From a virus, in IMG/VR virus record IMGVR_UViG_3300048910_000050, positions 1 through 45,256 of that record: a stretch of DNA of 45,256 nt, one strand, 5' to 3'. The translations under genes and the position numbers were made by a program. Shown piece after piece: positions 40,936 through 45,256 of the stretch; within the stretch, counting starts at the first letter, position 1, and each line of letters begins with the position of its first letter. The notes beneath the pieces are model-generated. The model was not told where the DNA came from, made no database searches, and was given only the letters and a program-made list of their open reading frames with translations.

Positions 40936-41889
40936 TTATCTCGGACGCAGTAGCCGGGCTTCCCGCATTACCTTGAGCTTCACATCGGCGAACACGCTTG
41001 CTTGAATCTGCAGCACCGTCCGCTTGCGGCTGAAGCTGAATTGCTGGCCGCTATAGGCGACTTCCATCTGTTCCATCATGTAGTCGTTCCAATCGGTGCC
41101 TTCGCATGTCGGGAACGCCACGCCGACGCCAAGCACTTCTGCGGCGGAACGTGCAGCGTCAAGGCCCGGATTGCGGCCGATACGCTTCTCGGTCTCGTGG
41201 TCGTTGTCAGCACATACGACACCCATGCCGAACCGCTCCATGCGCTCGGCGACGATAGGCAGGTTGCCGGCGTTGAAACCGACGATGACGCGGCAGGTAG
41301 GAATAGCCTGGAAGATCGTTAGGCCCGTTGCGAAGCCCTCGACAAGCGCCGTCAGCGTGGCGTTTGGCCGCTCGATGGCGTAGTAGGCGTATTTGGTCGT
41401 GGCGCCGGCGTAGAACTTCTTCTCGCCCTCTGGCGAAATGCGCTGAATGCTCAGCACCTTGCCGTTGTAAAGCATGGGGATGACGAGCCAGCCGTCGGCG
41501 TCGATCCGCAGACCAACGCATCCGGTCACGCCAAGGCCTTTGTGCGAAAGGTATGGATGGCTGTCGCGCAGTGGTGTGCAATTGGCGTAGTAGGCGCGGG
41601 CGCCGAGCGTGGCCTCGACCAGTGCTGCGCGCCGTGCAGCCTGGCGCCGGGCGATTTCGGCCCGGTCGATTGGTGCAGTGGGTGCGTCTTCACCAGCACG
41701 CCACATCAGCGGCTCGGTGTGTACTGCGTAATCCTGACACCATCCGACCTGTCCGTCGTCGGCAAGCTTGATGCTGCCGTTTTTCTTGCGCGGGTGGTTG
41801 GTCGTCCGGCAGCGGATCCAACGGCCAGCGGCGAACGTGTCGGGCACGATGATGCCGTTGGCTTGAACGAAGTTGAGGAAGCCCGTCAT
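40936..41889 (-). CDS. Toprim-domain primase-like protein
   Basis: EGFATGLT (Toprim Glu) and VVCADNDHE (DxD). N-terminal zinc-less P4/TraC-like region. Coupled to the helicase. Confidence 0.8.
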   Translation of the reverse strand: MTGFLNFVQANGIIVPDTFAAGRWIRCRTTNHPRKKNGSIKLADDGQVGWCQDYAVHTEPLMWRAGEDAPTAPIDRAEIARRQAARRAALVEATLGARAYYANCTPLRDSHPYLSHKGLGVTGCVGLRIDADGWLVIPMLYNGKVLSIQRISPEGEKKFYAGATTKYAYYAIERPNATLTALVEGFATGLTIFQAIPTCRVIVGFNAGNLPIVAERMERFGMGVVCADNDHETEKRIGRNPGLDAARSAAEVLGVGVAFPTCEGTDWNDYMMEQMEVAYSGQQFSFSRKRTVLQIQASVFADVKLKVMREARLLRPR

Positions 41890-43355
41890 GGCCGGCCCAC
41901 CTTAGCGTATGCGATGGCGCGCGAGCGAACCCAATTCAACACCTTCAGGCTGGGTTCCATCGGCTCAATGTCGCGGTCTTCCGGCCAGTCGCCGAACTTC
42001 TCCTTGTATTTGTACGCCGCCCAACCGGGCTTGTGCCCACGATCAGCCGCGATGTGACGCAGCTGGGCATGGAAGGCGCGCTTTTCTTCCGGCGACGGAC
42101 CGGCTTTCTTCTTCTTGCCGGTCAATTCAGTCAGAACGCCGTCCACGTGTTCGACCATGCCGGCGCGTTTGTAGGTGTGTCCGCACGACGGGCAGGCAGG
42201 CATGGGCTTGTGCACATGGGCACAGTTCGGGCACTTGACCGGCTCGCGCTCGCTCTTGACGGCCTTCTTCTGCTCTTTCTTCTTGCCGTCGTCCAGTTCG
42301 GTGACGCCTGCTTCCAGAAAGTCGTGCATCTCGTTCCAGAACCGGACGCAGTTGCCCGAATGGTCGAGCACGATGCATTCAGTCTTGCCCGGGTGGATCC
42401 GGAGACCCCGCCCGAGGATCTGGATATGCTCGGCCAGACTTTTCTTGAGCGGCCGGGCCATGATGATCACTTCAACGTCAGTGACGTCGAAACCCTTGCT
42501 CAACGCGCTGACGCTGATCAGCCCACGAATGGAGCTATCCGTCTTGCGGAACTCTTCGACCAGGGCAGTGCGTGCGTCGTCGTCGGTGCGATAGGTGTAC
42601 AACTCGCACATCACGCCAGCCGCGGCGAACTGACGCTGCATTTCTTCGCAGTGGGTGACGTTGCAGCCGAAGGCGATGAACTTCTTACCTTGGCCGTGGC
42701 GCAGGTATTCCTCAACGCAGTCACCGACGATTGGCATGGAACGCTCAGCGGCTTCGGTGTCGGTCCATTCGCCTGCTACGACCTTTGCGCCGGTCATGTC
42801 CGGCTCACTCGCAGCAAAGATGCGAAACGGCACGAGGAAACCATCGGCGGTCAGCTTATTCGTCGTGGTGACGGTCACGATGCCGTCATAGAGCTTGCCC
42901 AGCCCCTTGGTCATGGGCGTTGCGGTGAGCCCGACGACGATGGTATTGCGCTCCTGAATGCGCTTGGCAACGGTGTCCTGTACAGCGTGGCATTCGTCCA
43001 CGATGATCAGATCCGCGTCAGGCCAGCCGCGCTTTGCGAGCGTCTGAGCGCTTGCGACCTGAATGCGCTCCCACGGCTTGCAACGCCAGTGGTTGCCCTG
43101 CATGACGCCGTGTGGGATGCCGTAGCGGTCGAACGTCGCGCTCGTTTGGTCGATCAGGGCAATTCGGTCGCAGACGAACACGGCGCGCTTTCCCGGCTTG
43201 CCGTAGCACTCTGCCATCAGGTGCGAGGCAACCACGGTCTTACCGCCGCCAGTCGGTATCGACAGGATCATGTTTCGAACACCCTGGCGAATCAAGTTAC
43301 GCAGACCGTCGATGCTGCCTAGTTGGTAATCACGCAGTTCCAACAGCTTACTCAT
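41886..43355 (-). CDS. SF2 DEAD/DEAH-box helicase with C-terminal zinc ribbon
   Basis: PTGGGKT Walker A, IIVDECHA motif II, CPNCAHV...CPSCGH. Confidence 0.9.
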   Translation of the reverse strand: MSKLLELRDYQLGSIDGLRNLIRQGVRNMILSIPTGGGKTVVASHLMAECYGKPGKRAVFVCDRIALIDQTSATFDRYGIPHGVMQGNHWRCKPWERIQVASAQTLAKRGWPDADLIIVDECHAVQDTVAKRIQERNTIVVGLTATPMTKGLGKLYDGIVTVTTTNKLTADGFLVPFRIFAASEPDMTGAKVVAGEWTDTEAAERSMPIVGDCVEEYLRHGQGKKFIAFGCNVTHCEEMQRQFAAAGVMCELYTYRTDDDARTALVEEFRKTDSSIRGLISVSALSKGFDVTDVEVIIMARPLKKSLAEHIQILGRGLRIHPGKTECIVLDHSGNCVRFWNEMHDFLEAGVTELDDGKKKEQKKAVKSEREPVKCPNCAHVHKPMPACPSCGHTYKRAGMVEHVDGVLTELTGKKKKAGPSPEEKRAFHAQLRHIAADRGHKPGWAAYKYKEKFGDWPEDRDIEPMEPSLKVLNWVRSRAIAYAKVGRP

Positions 43356-44188
43356 GCCATCCTCCGCGCCATCAGGGCCGGGATGATGTCGGCATTGGCG
43401 AGCACGCCCAGCGCCTTACGGATTTTCGCCAGCATGTCGTTGGCGTAGCGAGCCTGCTTCTGTGCTTCGTTCAGGGTGCGCACCAACTGCGCATTGCGAC
43501 CCGACAGTTGATCGAACTTCATGGACCATTCGGCTGCGATCTTGGCGTGATCCGAATCGCCCGTAAGCTGCTCGATCAGGCTCGACAGGCGGCGGAGTTC
43601 CTTGTCGGCCGCTTCCAGTTCGGACACGAGGTCCGGCGCGTGTTCGGATTCCGGTTCGACGGGAGCCAGTTCTGGCTTAGTGGCGCGTGGGGAGATTTGT
43701 TCAAGGGCTTTGGGCAGGCTGATTTCGCCGTGGGCCACTTGTTTGGCAAGATCGGGCGATGCTTTCGCGACCTTATCTGCCATTTTCTGTGTCCGGACGC
43801 TGGCACCAGAGGCTTTGGCGCGATCCGCCACTGAATCAAGGTGCAACGGTTGCACTTTGATCCGATCGCCGCCTTGCTGAAAGGCGCGGGACCAGTCCTG
43901 CGCAGCAGCGACGACCGCTGCCTGCTGACCTGCCGACAGATGGCGGCGGTGGAAATTTGCCGACAAGACGAACGAAATCGGATCGCCACCGCAAAATGGA
44001 ATAGTTTTAGGCTCAATCCCGGCCTCGACACAAGCAAGATAGCGATTGCCGCCATCCAGAACTTTGCCGTCGTAGATCACGATTGGTTCGCGCTGGCCGT
44101 GGGCGATGATGTCGGCTTTCAGCGAATCGAACTCGGCGCCGGCCAGGCGCGGAAAGAGGGTACAGAGTGGGTGCAGTTCCATCGTCAT
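43352..44188 (-). CDS. ParB-like nuclease-domain protein
   Basis: LHPLCTLFPRLAGAEFDSLKADIIAHGQREPIVIYDGKVLDGGNRYLAC. The start is ambiguous (TTG 44254, ATG 44188 or ATG 44182). Confidence 0.8.
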   Translation of the reverse strand: MTMELHPLCTLFPRLAGAEFDSLKADIIAHGQREPIVIYDGKVLDGGNRYLACVEAGIEPKTIPFCGGDPISFVLSANFHRRHLSAGQQAAVVAAAQDWSRAFQQGGDRIKVQPLHLDSVADRAKASGASVRTQKMADKVAKASPDLAKQVAHGEISLPKALEQISPRATKPELAPVEPESEHAPDLVSELEAADKELRRLSSLIEQLTGDSDHAKIAAEWSMKFDQLSGRNAQLVRTLNEAQKQARYANDMLAKIRKALGVLANADIIPALMARRMA

Positions 44189-44288
44189 GCCTCCGTCAAG
44201 TTGAAGAGTGCGAACAGACGGATAACCGTCATTGCCGAGATAAGCTCGCGGCAATACAACTGGATGGTGATGCGCTTGATGATGGTTT

Positions 44289-44627
44289 TCATGCGGCCTC
44301 CTTGCGAGCAGGCCCGAACAGCGCCTCTACGAGCCAGTCACGGCGCGCGGGATGCTTCCCGGATGGAGCCTTGCCGGGACCAGCGTGGAAGGTGTAGAAG
44401 ACCGTTGGCGGTCCCAGGCGGTTGCCGGCCTTCTTGTGCCTTACGCGATAAGCGCGGGCTTCTTCTTCGAGAACCTTGATGTGATTGCGAACGCAGGTGC
44501 GGCCGACTTGGAACTTACGCATGATCTGTTCATGCGTAATCCCATCGGCGCCGGCACTGATAATGCAGCGCTCGATGGATTTGGTGAGGGAGTTGGTGAG
44601 GGATGCGGGCTGCTTCACGGTGGGCAC
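44289..44627 (-). CDS. Winged-helix-like DNA-binding protein (112 aa)
   Basis: GITHEQIMRKFQVGRTCVRNHIKVLEEE. Confidence 0.65.
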   Translation of the reverse strand: MPTVKQPASLTNSLTKSIERCIISAGADGITHEQIMRKFQVGRTCVRNHIKVLEEEARAYRVRHKKAGNRLGPPTVFYTFHAGPGKAPSGKHPARRDWLVEALFGPARKEAA

Positions 44628-44818
44628 TCCTGCAGTTGACGGCCATTGGCTTTCGACGTCACCTCGTGGTGACGTGCGAGCCAGCCGGTCTTCCAGTCAG
44701 CGATAGCAGCAGCTGATGGATTCATTCCGTGGTCGTCCAGGCTCAAGCCGCGGTCGAACGCATCGGCGCCGCGTTTGCGCATCAGTGCAGGCGTGACGAT
44801 GCAGATGGAGTGGTCCAT
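44615..44818 (-). CDS. Hypothetical protein (67 aa)
   Basis: An internal ATG of the track ORF, chosen because it abuts the upstream stop. Confidence 0.55.
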   Translation of the reverse strand: MDHSICIVTPALMRKRGADAFDRGLSLDDHGMNPSAAAIADWKTGWLARHHEVTSKANGRQLQECPP

Positions 44819-45018
44819 TACCGCTCCTCCTTCATGAAGGCTTTGCGCAACTTGTTCGCTTCCTTCGCGAGCTCGCAAATGCTCTTGTGGAGCTTCCCGT
44901 ATGCGCGGTTCTCTGCACGCGTCTTGCGGGCATCCCCGTACGCGGTATCGCAGATCACCACGTTTTCAGTAATTGATAAAAGCTTCGTCATGTCTGGTTC
45001 TTCGGTATGAGTTGTCAA
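44818..45018 (-). CDS. Hypothetical protein (66 aa or shorter)
   Basis: TTG 45018 follows GAGGA; the alternative ATG is at 44991. Confidence 0.5.
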   Translation of the reverse strand: MTTHTEEPDMTKLLSITENVVICDTAYGDARKTRAENRAYGKLHKSICELAKEANKLRKAFMKEER

Positions 45019-45091
45019 GGCTCGTTCCTCTTTTCCCAGCTTGTGGCCGGGCTATTTTTGGGTTGTCTCCTGCCCTCGTAAGCGGAAGCCA

Positions 45092-45256
45092 TTAAAGATG
45101 GCTCCGGCCGTTTCTTGCGCCACATGCTCGGCTAGCCATGCGACCTGGGCCCGGACATTTACGGGATTCCTTTGGGCTCGCTGGAGGCTTAGCATGGGTA
45201 CGTGCCGCCTTGTGCATCAGATCGCGAAGGAACGGGCTTCTACCCAAACCTCCCCG
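45092..45256 (-). CDS. Same RHH gene, C-terminal part (stop TAA at 45094..45092); 45130-45256 duplicates 1-127
   Basis: The reading frame continues from base 1 across the circular junction. Confidence 0.5.
   Translation of the reverse strand, partial: RGGLGRSPFLRDLMHKAARTHAKPPASPKESRKCPGPGRMASRACGARNGRSHL
45130..45256. repeat. Second copy of the 127-nt terminal overlap
   Basis: Identical to bases 1-127. Confidence 0.95.

Larger units (their letters stand above)
1..45256. mobile_element. Complete temperate phage genome, circularly closed (unique length 45129 bp); podovirus-like mosaic
   Basis: Integrase plus attP-like region, cI/cro switch, terS/terL/portal/capsid, tailspike and lysis genes are all present. 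There are no host genes, and the 127-nt ends are identical. No tape-measure, tube or sheath genes. Confidence 0.9.

Noticed and set aside
1-45256. CRISPR arrays, rRNA, transposases/IS elements, toxin-antitoxin pairs
   Set aside because: There are no regularly spaced direct repeats, no rRNA-like sequence and no DDE or serine-recombinase ORFs. The small HTH/RHH genes all fit phage regulatory roles.

Overview
The window is a complete, circularly closed genome of a GC-rich temperate phage with no host flanks. Bases 1-127 repeat exactly at 45130-45256, so the unique length is 45129 bp.

Gene content indicates a short-tailed, P22/epsilon15/BPP-1-like mosaic. It has a P22 gp10-like hub protein, three ejection-type internal proteins, a tailspike and a tail fibre. 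It has no tape measure, tube or sheath genes.

Layout:
- **Immunity region (268-2034):** lambda-like, with divergent cro-like (-) and cI-like (+) genes, a lipoprotein moron, and shared TAGC-N3-GCTA operators at both early promoters.
- **Rightward early operon (2084-10516, +):** small genes, an Erf recombinase, Ea22-like mosaic proteins, a C5 cytosine methyltransferase and an AlpA-type excisionase.
- **Integration (10523-12034):** P4-type tyrosine integrase (-) followed by an AT-rich attP region with repeated TACCAAC arm motifs.
- **Leftward early operon:** it wraps around the circle from cro through 45018 down to 37299 (-). It encodes an RHH protein, wHTH, ParB-like protein, SF2 helicase, Toprim primase, AP2/HNH-like protein, lipoprotein, NinG and a Q-like protein.
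- **Late operon (36838 down to 12035, -):** terS, terL, portal, GroES-like protein, scaffold, capsid, beta-helix protein, adaptor and ejection proteins. A P22 immI-like module (HTH-RHH regulator, Arc-like, Ant) follows, then the gp10-like protein, fibre, tailspike and lysis cassette.

The most unusual signals:
1. At the methyltransferase locus, a second protein-like ORF in the +1 frame is completely embedded in the gene.
2. A duplicated leader element (28/28 nt exact plus a 27/32 nt block), in the sense orientation, lies in the two largest non-coding gaps.
3. Two paralogous 64-aa proteins sit at the two immunity regions.
4. The portal 3' end overlaps the next gene out of frame by 182 nt.

No CRISPR array, rRNA, complete tRNA, reverse transcriptase or transposase was seen. 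All family assignments come from reading motifs by eye and need HMM or BLAST confirmation.
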